Positions 45,450 to 57,650 of a stretch of DNA of 64,000 nt are shown here, piece by piece. Source of the DNA: Homoserinimonas sp. (GTDB lineage: Bacteria; Actinomycetota; Actinomycetes; Actinomycetales; Microbacteriaceae). Made by a program: the position numbers and the translations under genes. Every line of letters starts with the position of its first letter. Positions within the stretch are counted from its first letter, which is position 1. The stretch is taken from assembly GCA_023957835.1 (NCBI GenBank), contig JAMLGP010000001.1, forward strand, positions 115,575-179,574, in the 5' to 3' direction. Under the pieces are notes generated by a model, which was given only the letters and a program-made list of their open reading frames with translations, was not told where the DNA came from and made no database searches.

Positions 45450-46317
45450 CAAGTCTAGTTGGGAGAGATGAACGGGATTCCCAACACCTGAGAGCCTGGT
45501 ACACGGCAGTCCACAAGTCTAGTTGGGAGAGATGAACGGGATTCCCAACCGGCGTGATCGGGGCAATCGTTGGCGTCCAAGTCTAGTTGGGAGAGATGAA
45601 CGGGATTCCCAACCGACGACTTTGGTTAGGTCAGACTTGAACAAGTCTAGTTGGGAGAGATGAACGGGATTCCCAACATAAGAAATTTCAAGAAATGTTC
45701 GGAACCAAGTCTAGTTGGGAGAGATGAACGGGATTCCCAACCGGCTCCGCGCTGGGCGGTGGCCGATGACAAGTCTAGTTGGGAGAGATGAACGGGATTC
45801 CCAACAACGAGTCGAGCGTGGTGGCGTTCGGGACAAGTCTAGTTGGGAGAGATGAACGGGATTCCCAACAGTGATCGGATCTGATCGACGTACACGACAA
45901 GTCTAGTTGGGAGAGATGAACGGGATTCCCAACTTACATATCCACCGGAGACCGCGACGAGCAAGTCTAGTTGGGAGAGATGAACGGGATTCCCAACTGT
46001 AGGAGATCGTTACCGTCTTGATCGGCAAGTCTAGTTGGGAGAGATGAACGGGATTCCCAACTTTGCGTACCACGCGGCAACGCCCACCTCAAGTCTAGTT
46101 GGGAGAGATGAACGGGATTCCCAACATCCTTCAAACCTGATGCTGGACGTTGCCAAGTCTAGTTGGGAGAGATGAACGGGATTCCCAACCTTGGAGGTCG
46201 TAGCAGACGTCCGCTCTCAAGTCTAGTTGGGAGAGATGAACGGGATTCCCAACCTACGTCGGACCCAACGGCGGCGGCAAGCAAGTCTAGTTGGGAGAGA
46301 TGAACGGGATTCCCAAC
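45450..46317 (-). CRISPR. CRISPR array: 14 identical 36-nt repeats, 13 spacers of exactly 28 nt
   Basis: Plus-strand repeat is CAAGTCTAGTTGGGAGAGATGAACGGGATTCCCAAC; the crRNA-sense minus strand is GTTGGGAATCCCGTTCATCTCTCCCAACTAGACTTG. Repeat starts were checked at 45450 + 64n for n=0..13. The strand was assigned from the GTTG... 5' end and the tracrRNA anti-repeat. Confidence 0.97.
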
Positions 46318-46520
46318 ATATCTGGGTCTCAAACGACGATTGGCGGTTGGAAGTGAGAGACTTTCGTTGTCCCGAAGGGACCGCGCTTCTTCTGCCTCTG
46401 CGCAGAAGAAGCGCGACAGTCGGCAGCCAGGTTAGACATAACTTCTGGGTCTTGAAGTGACCTTCAGAAAGTCTTTATTCAGGCCTACAGCAGGCCTTGA
46501 TTTCGGCCTACAATTGAGGC

Positions 46521-46805
46521 GTGCAAACTTTACCGATCTCGAAGGTCAAGGACAAACTCAATGAGTTTGTCGACGCAGTCAGCCTCACGCGCGAGCAAGT
46601 GACGATTACCAAGAATGGTTCACCGGCCGCTGTTCTAATTGGCGCCGATGAGTGGGAGTCTCTTCAGGAGACTCTCTTTTGGCTGTCCCAGCCTGGAATC
46701 CTCAGTGACATAGAGTCTGCAAGAAAGGAGCTTGCTGAGGGCAAGACCTTCAGCAAGGAACAAGTCCTCTCCGAGCTCGGACTCGTCCTGCGCTCCGAAA
46801 AGTGA
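46521..46805 (+). CDS. Phd/YefM family antitoxin
   Basis: LPISKVKDKLNEFVDAV...VTITKNGSPAAVLIGADEWESLQETL. It overlaps the toxin gene by 4 nt. Confidence 0.85.
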   Translation: MQTLPISKVKDKLNEFVDAVSLTREQVTITKNGSPAAVLIGADEWESLQETLFWLSQPGILSDIESARKELAEGKTFSKEQVLSELGLVLRSEK

Positions 46806-47086
46806 CAGAGTACCAAGACGTCAAGCCGTTTCAGGTGGAGTTCTCGAGCTCGGCCCAACGAGACCTGAAGAATATTCCGCCTCGGATTGTCCCTGCGATT
46901 GTCGAATTCGTCTACGGTGATCTGTCCCGCAACCTCAGGAGAGTCGGCAAGCCCCTGCAAAGAGAACTTGAAGGGCTTTGGGGAGCGCGGCGTGGTCCTT
47001 ACCGAATCATTTATGAGATTCGTGAGGATCGAATGATTGTCCTGGTAGTGCGGATTGCAGCCCGAGCGGATGCCTACCGGCTTTAA
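46802..47086 (+). CDS. RelE/ParE family toxin
   Basis: 94 aa. FSSSAQRDLKNIP...GPYRIIYEIREDRMIVLVVRIAARADAYR is typical of RelE/ParE. Confidence 0.8.
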   Translation: MTEYQDVKPFQVEFSSSAQRDLKNIPPRIVPAIVEFVYGDLSRNLRRVGKPLQRELEGLWGARRGPYRIIYEIREDRMIVLVVRIAARADAYRL

Positions 47087-47128
47087 TTGATCTAAACGGA
47101 ACTGGCGGGTGCGGCGGATCAGGCCGGC

Positions 47129-49111
47129 TTGATTGGAAGACTCATGATTGCAATCGTTTGGAACATTGCCCTGATAACCGCCGCGACGATCGTCTTCATG
47201 TTCGTCCTGGGCAGCTTCGCGAACCGGGTGCTCGGGGTGCGGATCGGCACGATTCGGCTGGTGCTGGCCGGCATTCTCGGGCTAGGGGCCGAGATCGGCT
47301 TCGAGTCGCAGTTTGTCTGGGACAAGATCGAATACAGTGCTGCACTGCTGCCGCTGCAGGTCGGAGTCGTGTTCTTCGTCGCGATCGCCTTCCTGGTGAT
47401 AGCCGAAATCCTGGTGCCAGCCGGAACCGTGCTCAGGCCGGATCAGGTTTGGCGAGGGGTTGCAGCATGGTATCGACGGGCTCGCCGCTATTCCCAGATT
47501 TCGCGGATTGCGCTGCGAAACAAGCTGATCCCCTTCCGGCCGAATACCGACCCTTCAAGTGAGGGCAGCGCCGAACGCACCCGGCAGGCCAAGGCGCTCA
47601 GGAGTGCGCTTGAATCTGCCGGTGGCGCATTCATCAAGCTCGGCCAATTGCTCTCGACTCGAAGCGACATCCTCCCACCGGAATATCTGGCCGAACTCGG
47701 CAAGCTGCGCGAACAGGTGACTCCGGCGCTGTGGAGCGAAGTTCAGAAGTCGATCGAGAAAGAGCTCGGCGGCCATATTTCGGACCACTTCAGCAATTTC
47801 GAAGAGGAGCCGATCGCGGCAGCTTCAATCGGACAGGTTCACCGCGCAACCCTAAAGGACGGCCGAAAGGTTGCCGTCAAAGTTCAGCGGCCCGGAATCG
47901 TGCCGCTGGTCGAGCGCGACATTGATATAACGCTAAGACTTGCGACTCGGCTCGATAACACCGCCCAGTGGGCTCGCGACTTCGGACTGCTCGGCCTGGC
48001 CAGAGGCTTCGTGGACAGCCTGCGTTCGGAACTGGATTTTCGGGTCGAGACGGCGAACATGGCGGCGATGGCCGCCGCCCAGTCGAAGCACCCTCGCGAG
48101 ACTCAGCTCGGCATCCCGAAGCATTACCCGGAGTACTGCACCGACAAGATCCTCACCATGGAACTGATCGAAGGCGACACTCTGAGCGATTCGAGTGCCC
48201 TCGAACGCAGAACCAAAGCGGTTCGAAATCGGCTCGCCAACCTGCTGCTGCGCTCGGCCCTCACCCAGATAATCGACGACGGAGTGTTCCACGCCGACCT
48301 GCACCCCGGAAACATCATCCTCAAGTCCAACAACGAAATGGTACTGCTCGACTTCGGTTCGGTTGGTCGACTCGATTCGCAGTTGCGCTCCCAAATCGGA
48401 GAAGTCCTCATCGCCTTCTACCGTGCAGACGCTGCGTCATTCACGGATGCCCTGCTCGGCTTCGTCGACCTGCCCGAAGACATAGACGAGCATTCTCTGC
48501 GCCGCCAGATCGGAGTCTTTCTCGCCACGCGTCTGGGTCCGGGGGCGGTACTGGATGTGACCGTGGTCACCGAAATGATCCAGCTGCTAAGTCGCAACCA
48601 GATCGCCGTTCCCGCAGAACTCGGGACCGCTTTCCGCGCCGTAGCGACAGTAGAAGGCACGCTCCGGCACCTGGAACCTGGCTTCGAATTCCTACCGGCC
48701 GCCACCGCATACGCGCAGGAGAGAATCGCCTCCGGCTTCACTCCGCGCGCGGTCTACACGAGCATCAAGGATGAGCTGGTTTCGGTGCTTCCGCTGCTGC
48801 GCAGAATCCCGGGTCGGGTCGATAAGATCACCGGGAATCTTGCCGACGGGCGACTGAACGTAAACATTCGACTGTTTGCCGATCATCGAGATCGAACCCT
48901 GCTTCGCAGTGTCGTCAATCTGATCGCGCTCACGGTGCTCGCGAGCGCCTTTAGCGTCGTCGCCGCCATGCTTCTGGTGAGCAGCAACGGTCCCCAGATC
49001 ACTCCAACCCTCACCCTGTTCCAGATTTTCGGCTACCTGCTTGTGATAATCGCCGGAGTGCTGACGCTTAGAGTGCTGTTCGACGTGTTTAGAGCCAGAC
49101 GCAGGGAGTAG
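47129..49111 (+). CDS. ABC1/UbiB-family atypical kinase with N- and C-terminal TM segments
   Basis: FIKLGQLLSTRSDILPPEYLAEL, PIAAASIGQVHRA and HADLHPGNI motifs; 660 aa. Confidence 0.88.
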   Translation: MIGRLMIAIVWNIALITAATIVFMFVLGSFANRVLGVRIGTIRLVLAGILGLGAEIGFESQFVWDKIEYSAALLPLQVGVVFFVAIAFLVIAEILVPAGTVLRPDQVWRGVAAWYRRARRYSQISRIALRNKLIPFRPNTDPSSEGSAERTRQAKALRSALESAGGAFIKLGQLLSTRSDILPPEYLAELGKLREQVTPALWSEVQKSIEKELGGHISDHFSNFEEEPIAAASIGQVHRATLKDGRKVAVKVQRPGIVPLVERDIDITLRLATRLDNTAQWARDFGLLGLARGFVDSLRSELDFRVETANMAAMAAAQSKHPRETQLGIPKHYPEYCTDKILTMELIEGDTLSDSSALERRTKAVRNRLANLLLRSALTQIIDDGVFHADLHPGNIILKSNNEMVLLDFGSVGRLDSQLRSQIGEVLIAFYRADAASFTDALLGFVDLPEDIDEHSLRRQIGVFLATRLGPGAVLDVTVVTEMIQLLSRNQIAVPAELGTAFRAVATVEGTLRHLEPGFEFLPAATAYAQERIASGFTPRAVYTSIKDELVSVLPLLRRIPGRVDKITGNLADGRLNVNIRLFADHRDRTLLRSVVNLIALTVLASAFSVVAAMLLVSSNGPQITPTLTLFQIFGYLLVIIAGVLTLRVLFDVFRARRRE

Positions 49112-49332
49112 ACCGGTGACGATTCACCCGAGACCTCCAAAGTCGCGCGGATTTAGGCGACGAATTCTCGGATCGTGACCTTTTCGATAGTGAATGGTTG
49201 CTGAGACCACCGAATCGGCTCGAATTGCAGGAGTAGGCTTCCGATACCGGCAGGGCCAGAGACTTTCGATGCACGTGTCCAAGCCCCCGACTCGCCGGAC
49301 CAAATTCACTGTGGAAGAGAAGAAGGATTCAA

Positions 49333-50235
49333 ATGCGCACGAAGTTGACGCTGCCGGTCGTGGCAATCGCGGCCGTTGCAGGGCTCATGCTCACCGGCTG
49401 TGTGGATAACAGCACGCCGACTACGCCGGGTGGCAGTTCTAGTGACACTCCGTCTGTCGGAGTAGACGAGGCGGCAGTCGCACTGCTGCCAGACAACATC
49501 AAGCAGGCGGGCAAGCTAATCATCGGTATCGACCCGACCTACCCGCCGAACGAGTCCAAGGACGACGCAGGCAACCCAGTCGGCTGGGATGTTGAACTCG
49601 CAAATGCGATGGCCGCGAAGCTCGGACTCACCCCCGAATACCAGATTGCGAGCTTTGACAAGATCATTCCGAGCATCAAGGGTGGCACCTTCGATGTTGG
49701 AGTGTCATCCTTCACCGACAACGTCGAGCGCGAGGCTTCGGTTGACTTCGTGAACTACTTCGTAGCCGGAGTCATGTGGGCGCAACCGATCGATGGAAAC
49801 GTCGACCCGGCAAACGCCTGCGGACTGACCGTATCCGTTCAGGCCACCACCTATGAGGAGACCGACGAACTGCCAGCCGCATCCCAGGCCTGCACCGACG
49901 CTGGCAAGGCGCCGATCACGATCCTGAAGTTCGACAAGCAGGATGACGCAACCCTCGCCATCACCGACGGTCGTGCCGACGCGATGAGCGCAGACACCCC
50001 GATCACGCTGTACGCGATCTCGAAGCTCTCCGACAAGATCAAGGCCGCCGGCGAGTCGTTCGAGGACGCTCCTTACGGAATCGCAGTCGCAAAGGGTTCG
50101 CCGCTCGTGAAGGCGATCCAGGCGGCTCTGCAGTCGATGGTCGACGACGGAAGCTACAAGGCAATCCTCGACAAGTGGGGAGTAGCAGACGGCGGAATCT
50201 CGACAATCACGATCAACGCCGCAGGCAATAGCTGA
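49333..50235 (+). CDS. amino-acid ABC transporter substrate-binding lipoprotein
   Basis: Lipobox LMLTGC and a type 3 periplasmic-binding-fold pattern (GIDPTYPPNE...FDKIIPSIKGGTFDVGVSS). Confidence 0.85.
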   Translation: MRTKLTLPVVAIAAVAGLMLTGCVDNSTPTTPGGSSSDTPSVGVDEAAVALLPDNIKQAGKLIIGIDPTYPPNESKDDAGNPVGWDVELANAMAAKLGLTPEYQIASFDKIIPSIKGGTFDVGVSSFTDNVEREASVDFVNYFVAGVMWAQPIDGNVDPANACGLTVSVQATTYEETDELPAASQACTDAGKAPITILKFDKQDDATLAITDGRADAMSADTPITLYAISKLSDKIKAAGESFEDAPYGIAVAKGSPLVKAIQAALQSMVDDGSYKAILDKWGVADGGISTITINAAGNS

Positions 50236-50237
50236 TC

Positions 50238-51236
50238 GTGAAATCGTCAAAGGACGAGCTGTCGGCGGCAGGTAATCCCCTGCCGCCGACAGCAGACGAA
50301 CCTGAGCCGATCAAAGCGATTCGGCTCAAGCACCCTGTGCGGATAATCTTCGCGATCATTCTGATAGTGGCGCTCGCCATCTTCCTGATCGACGCCGCTC
50401 AGCGCCCCGCCTATAGCTGGGGAAATTTCAGCAAATACATTTTTGACAAGCGAATCTCTCAGGCCGCAGGGTTCACCCTTCTGCTCACGATCTACTCAAT
50501 GGCGATTGCGATCGTGCTCGGAATCACCATAGCGGTAATGCGGCTCTCCGACAACCCGGTGGTTAAGGGGGTCGCCTGGCTCTACCTCTGGATATTCCGC
50601 GGCACTCCGGTGTATGTGCAGCTTGTGTTCTGGGGACTGATTACAACCATCTACCAGACGATCGACATCGGGATCCCGTTCACTCAGCCCTGGATTTCGA
50701 TCGAGTCCAAAGGCTTTATCGACGTCTTCTGGCTCTCGGTAATCGGACTCGCTCTCAATGAAGCTGCCTATATGGCGGAGATCGTGCGGGCCGGCATCCT
50801 CTCGGTAGATAAAGGGCAGGATGAGGCGGCAACCGCTCTGGGCATGTCCTGGATGCAGACCATGCGCAGGGTAATCATCCCGCAGGCCATGCGGATCATC
50901 ATCCCGCCGACCGGCAACGAGGTCATCTCAATGCTAAAGACGACTTCGCTTGTAACCGCGGTGCCGTTCAGCTTCGACCTCTACGGTCGGGCACGGGATA
51001 TTTCGGTCGAGATCTACGACCCGATTCCGCTGCTGCTCGTTGCCTCCGCCTGGTATCTGGCGTTCACTTCGGTGCTCATGGTTGGGCAGTACTTCCTCGA
51101 GAAGCGGTTCTCACGCGGGGTCGGTCAGGCCAGAACAGACAAGAAGGGCGGAATTGACCCAGACCAGACCGGGGCAATTCAGGTCGCTACCGGCGCGGTT
51201 CGCGTCGACGCACACGGTTCGGAGCACACGAAATGA
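50238..51236 (+). CDS. amino-acid ABC transporter permease
   Basis: EAA-type loop ([23 protein letters not shown]); His/Glu/Gln/Arg family. Confidence 0.88.
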   Translation: MKSSKDELSAAGNPLPPTADEPEPIKAIRLKHPVRIIFAIILIVALAIFLIDAAQRPAYSWGNFSKYIFDKRISQAAGFTLLLTIYSMAIAIVLGITIAVMRLSDNPVVKGVAWLYLWIFRGTPVYVQLVFWGLITTIYQTIDIGIPFTQPWISIESKGFIDVFWLSVIGLALNEAAYMAEIVRAGILSVDKGQDEAATALGMSWMQTMRRVIIPQAMRIIIPPTGNEVISMLKTTSLVTAVPFSFDLYGRARDISVEIYDPIPLLLVASAWYLAFTSVLMVGQYFLEKRFSRGVGQARTDKKGGIDPDQTGAIQVATGAVRVDAHGSEHTK

Positions 51237-52015
51237 CCGCCGTTCAGGACAACAATGTCCCAATGGTCCAGGCCGACCGGGTTTCCAAGAACTTCGGCTC
51301 CAATCGAGTGCTCAAGAGCATCTCACTCACCGTAAAACGCGGAGAAGTGCTGTGCCTCGTCGGACCGAGCGGATCCGGCAAGTCAACGTTCCTGCGCTGC
51401 ATCAACCACCTCGAGCGGGTCGACGCAGGTCGTCTCAAGGTAGACGGCGTTCTCGTCGGATACGAGGAGCGCGGTGAGAAGCTCTACGAACTCCACCCGA
51501 AGGAGGCAGCTAGGCAGCGGCGGGACATTGGCATGGTGTTCCAGCGCTTCAATCTCTTTCCGCACATGACGGCCCTCGAAAACATCGTCGAGGCCCCGAT
51601 TCGGGTCAAAGGAATGAAGAAGGCGGATGCCGAAACCCGTGCCAGGGAACTGCTCGCTCGAGTAGGGCTCGCCAACAAGGCGGACTCCTACCCTGCGCAC
51701 CTTTCCGGCGGCCAGCAGCAGCGGGTTGCGATCGCTCGAGCACTTGCAATGGATCCGAAGCTCATGCTCTTCGACGAACCGACCTCTGCGCTCGATCCCG
51801 AACTCGTCGGGGAAGTGCTCGACGTCATGAAGAAGCTCGCCGAGTCTGGGATGACCATGATCGTGGTTACGCACGAAATGGGGTTTGCGCGCGAAGTCGC
51901 CGACTCGCTCGTCTTCATGGACGGGGGAGTCGTCGTCGAATCCGGCGACCCGGTCGAGGTGCTGACGAATCCGCAACACAAGCGGACTCAGGCGTTCCTG
52001 TCCAAAGTCCTCTAG
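51233..52015 (+). CDS. amino-acid ABC transporter ATP-binding protein
   Basis: Walker [10 protein letters not shown], signature [15 protein letters not shown], Walker [13 protein letters not shown]. Confidence 0.93.
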   Translation: MTAVQDNNVPMVQADRVSKNFGSNRVLKSISLTVKRGEVLCLVGPSGSGKSTFLRCINHLERVDAGRLKVDGVLVGYEERGEKLYELHPKEAARQRRDIGMVFQRFNLFPHMTALENIVEAPIRVKGMKKADAETRARELLARVGLANKADSYPAHLSGGQQQRVAIARALAMDPKLMLFDEPTSALDPELVGEVLDVMKKLAESGMTMIVVTHEMGFAREVADSLVFMDGGVVVESGDPVEVLTNPQHKRTQAFLSKVL

Positions 52016-52019
52016 GGAC

Positions 52020-52095
52020 GCAATCGACGAGGATTTAGGCGGCTCCGCCCGTAGACGCCCGCCACACCCGAGCCACCTAAATCCTCGCCGATTGC
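52020..52095. terminator. long inverted repeat between convergent genes (20-nt arms, 36-nt loop)
   Basis: GCAATCGACGAGGATTTAGG (52020..52039) against CCTAAATCCTCGCCGATTGC (52076..52095), with one mismatch. Confidence 0.5.
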
Positions 52096-52131
52096 TGCGC
52101 TTCGCGGTTGCGGCCTGACGGCATCGAACGG

Positions 52132-56004
<3,873 letters not shown>

Positions 56005-56072
56005 GAGCCCTCCAGCCTAATTCCCCGCGTGAGGGGTCGACTACCGCTCTTTGCACGTGCCGTCTAGGTCCC

Positions 56073-56127
56073 GAGGGGTCACTTACTGCTCTCCCCAGGT
56101 GCCGCGAGCAGCAGTTACTGACCCCTC
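56073..56127. repeat. 55-nt palindromic element, copy A
   Basis: gaggggtcacttactgct...agcagcagttactgacccctc. It matches copy B in length, terminal arms and the central ccccagg. Confidence 0.8.
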
Positions 56128-56143
56128 ACGGTCTTGGTTTGGC

Positions 56144-56890
56144 TCAGTTCCGCAATCCCACAAGCCACTCGGCGTAGGTTTGCTTTCCCAGAGTCGCGCC
56201 GGGTTCCGGGAGGATCAGCCCGTCACGCAGCCCTTTGAAGAACTTGCCGGGGAGGGTTGCCGCGAACACCTTCTTGCTGGAGTTGATTGCCTTTAGATAC
56301 CGCCTCGCCATGTCACCTAGGTCCTCAATCTGGGGCCCGGCGAGATCGGGGACTCTGCCGCCCGGCCCCTTCTCCGCAAGATCGATGAGCGCCTGGCCCA
56401 CTTCGGACGCTGCGATCGGCTGGGTTCTGGCTTTGGGAACCATCGCGAATGGGCCGAAGCTCAGTTGCCCGACCATTTGGGAGGCGAACTCGTGGAACTG
56501 GGTGGCCCTCAGGATGCTCCACGGGACATCCGACTTTTCGACCACTGCCTCCTGCGCAAGTTTGGCCGCGTAATAGCCGCTTGCAATCTTGTCAATCCCG
56601 ACAATTGACAGCGTCACGTGGTGCCGGACGCCCGCCTGTTTACCAGCCTGCAGCAGATTCGAACTGCTCGTCCGGAAGTATTCGATTGCCTTGGCGACGG
56701 ATGCCGAACTCGGCCCGGTCACATCAATCACCGCATCCACGCCCTTCAGCGCATCGGCGAGCCCCTCGAGTTTCGCGACGTCGACCCCCTTCGATCGGGA
56801 GATTTCCACTACTTCGTGGCCCCGTTTCAGGGCTTCGGCCAATACGTGCCGCCCGACCGTTCCGGTAGCCCCGGCAATTGCAATTCTCAT
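56144..56890 (-). CDS. NAD(P)H-binding NmrA-like/SDR-family protein
   Basis: MRIAIAGATGTVGRHV Rossmann motif; 248 aa. Confidence 0.8.
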   Translation of the reverse strand: MRIAIAGATGTVGRHVLAEALKRGHEVVEISRSKGVDVAKLEGLADALKGVDAVIDVTGPSSASVAKAIEYFRTSSSNLLQAGKQAGVRHHVTLSIVGIDKIASGYYAAKLAQEAVVEKSDVPWSILRATQFHEFASQMVGQLSFGPFAMVPKARTQPIAASEVGQALIDLAEKGPGGRVPDLAGPQIEDLGDMARRYLKAINSSKKVFAATLPGKFFKGLRDGLILPEPGATLGKQTYAEWLVGLRN

Positions 56891-56919
56891 TTCGCACTAC
56901 TCCAGCCAATTTTCCCCGC

Positions 56920-56974
56920 GAGGGGTCAGAAACTGCGCTTCATGGACCCCAGGAGCAGCATCAAGTGACCCCTC
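56920..56974. repeat. 55-nt palindromic element, copy B
   Basis: gaggggtcagaaactgcg...agcagcatcaagtgacccctc. Confidence 0.8.
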
Positions 56975-57087
56975 GCGGCCCTTGCTTTTCACATTACGTC
57001 TCTTCCCCGCTGGACGCCCAGAGGTTGGATCGCAAATAGAGACCGTGCAAGGATTGGCGAATCCGAAAGAGAATCGAGGAAGAGATC

Positions 57088-57525
57088 GTGGCTGAAAAGG
57101 GTAACGGCTTCAGTGCGGAGGAGCGGGCTGCGCTCAAGCAGAGGTCTGCGGAATTGCGCGCCGGCAGCAGGCAGGAGAAGGCGGCAGAGAAGCGCGAGCG
57201 TGAAGCTCAAGCCTGTCGGGATGCAATTGCCGGGCTGACCGGAGTTGATCGCGAAGTCGCCGAACTGCTCGATAAGGTGGTTCGCGAAGTTGCGCCGCAG
57301 CTTGAAGCCAAGACCTGGTATGGCTTTCCCGCCTATGCAAGAGAAGGCAAGACGATTGTGTTCTATCAATTCGCGGCGAAGTTCAAAACTCGTTACGGGC
57401 ATGTCGGATTCAGCGAGGATGCTCGACTCGACGACGGGGCAATCTGGCCGGTCGCATTTGCCGTGGTTGCTGTAAATGCTGACGTCGAAAAGCAATTGCG
57501 CGAGTTGGTTCGCCGCGCCGCCTAG
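57088..57525 (+). CDS. DUF1801/YdhG-like protein
   Basis: 145 aa. The KTWYGFPAYAREGKTIVFYQ pattern resembles DUF1801 from memory only. Confidence 0.55.
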   Translation: MAEKGNGFSAEERAALKQRSAELRAGSRQEKAAEKREREAQACRDAIAGLTGVDREVAELLDKVVREVAPQLEAKTWYGFPAYAREGKTIVFYQFAAKFKTRYGHVGFSEDARLDDGAIWPVAFAVVAVNADVEKQLRELVRRAA

Positions 57526-57564
57526 CTCCGCCTGACCGAGTCGGATCAGCCCGCAGAACCAAAG

Positions 57565-57574
57565 TTGTATACAT
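57565..57574. promoter_or_regulatory. candidate GntR/FadR-type operator, site 1 (TTGTATACAT)
   Basis: 9/10 match to the perfect palindrome TTGTATACAA, upstream of the GntR-prpDBC genes. Confidence 0.5.
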
Positions 57575-57627
57575 TCGAGGTCGTCTGCCCCCGAGTCTTC
57601 CGGAATTCGCGCAAGTTTGCTAGCCTT

Positions 57628-57637
57628 ATGTATACAA
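57628..57637. promoter_or_regulatory. candidate GntR/FadR-type operator, site 2 (ATGTATACAA)
   Basis: 9/10 match to the same palindrome, 14 nt upstream of the regulator's ATG and 63 bp from site 1. Confidence 0.5.
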
Positions 57638-57650
57638 ATAAGGGGATTGA

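Noticed and set aside
46350-46385. Possible degenerate 15th CRISPR repeat (gaagtgagagactttcgttgtcccgaag)
   Set aside because: It shares only aagt, gagaga and tccc blocks with the repeat, needs an ~8-nt deletion, and is offset by 4 nt from the strict 64-nt period. It is too weak to call. If real, it would sit at what the tracrRNA model makes the promoter-proximal end, so array polarity for spacer acquisition stays unresolved.
49149-49160. Shared 11-mer GGATTTAGGCG downstream of the ubiB-like gene and in the 52020..52095 inverted repeat, considered as a dispersed repeat family
   Set aside because: In a 64-kb window hundreds of 11-mer coincidences are expected by chance, and the similarity does not extend convincingly beyond the 11-mer.
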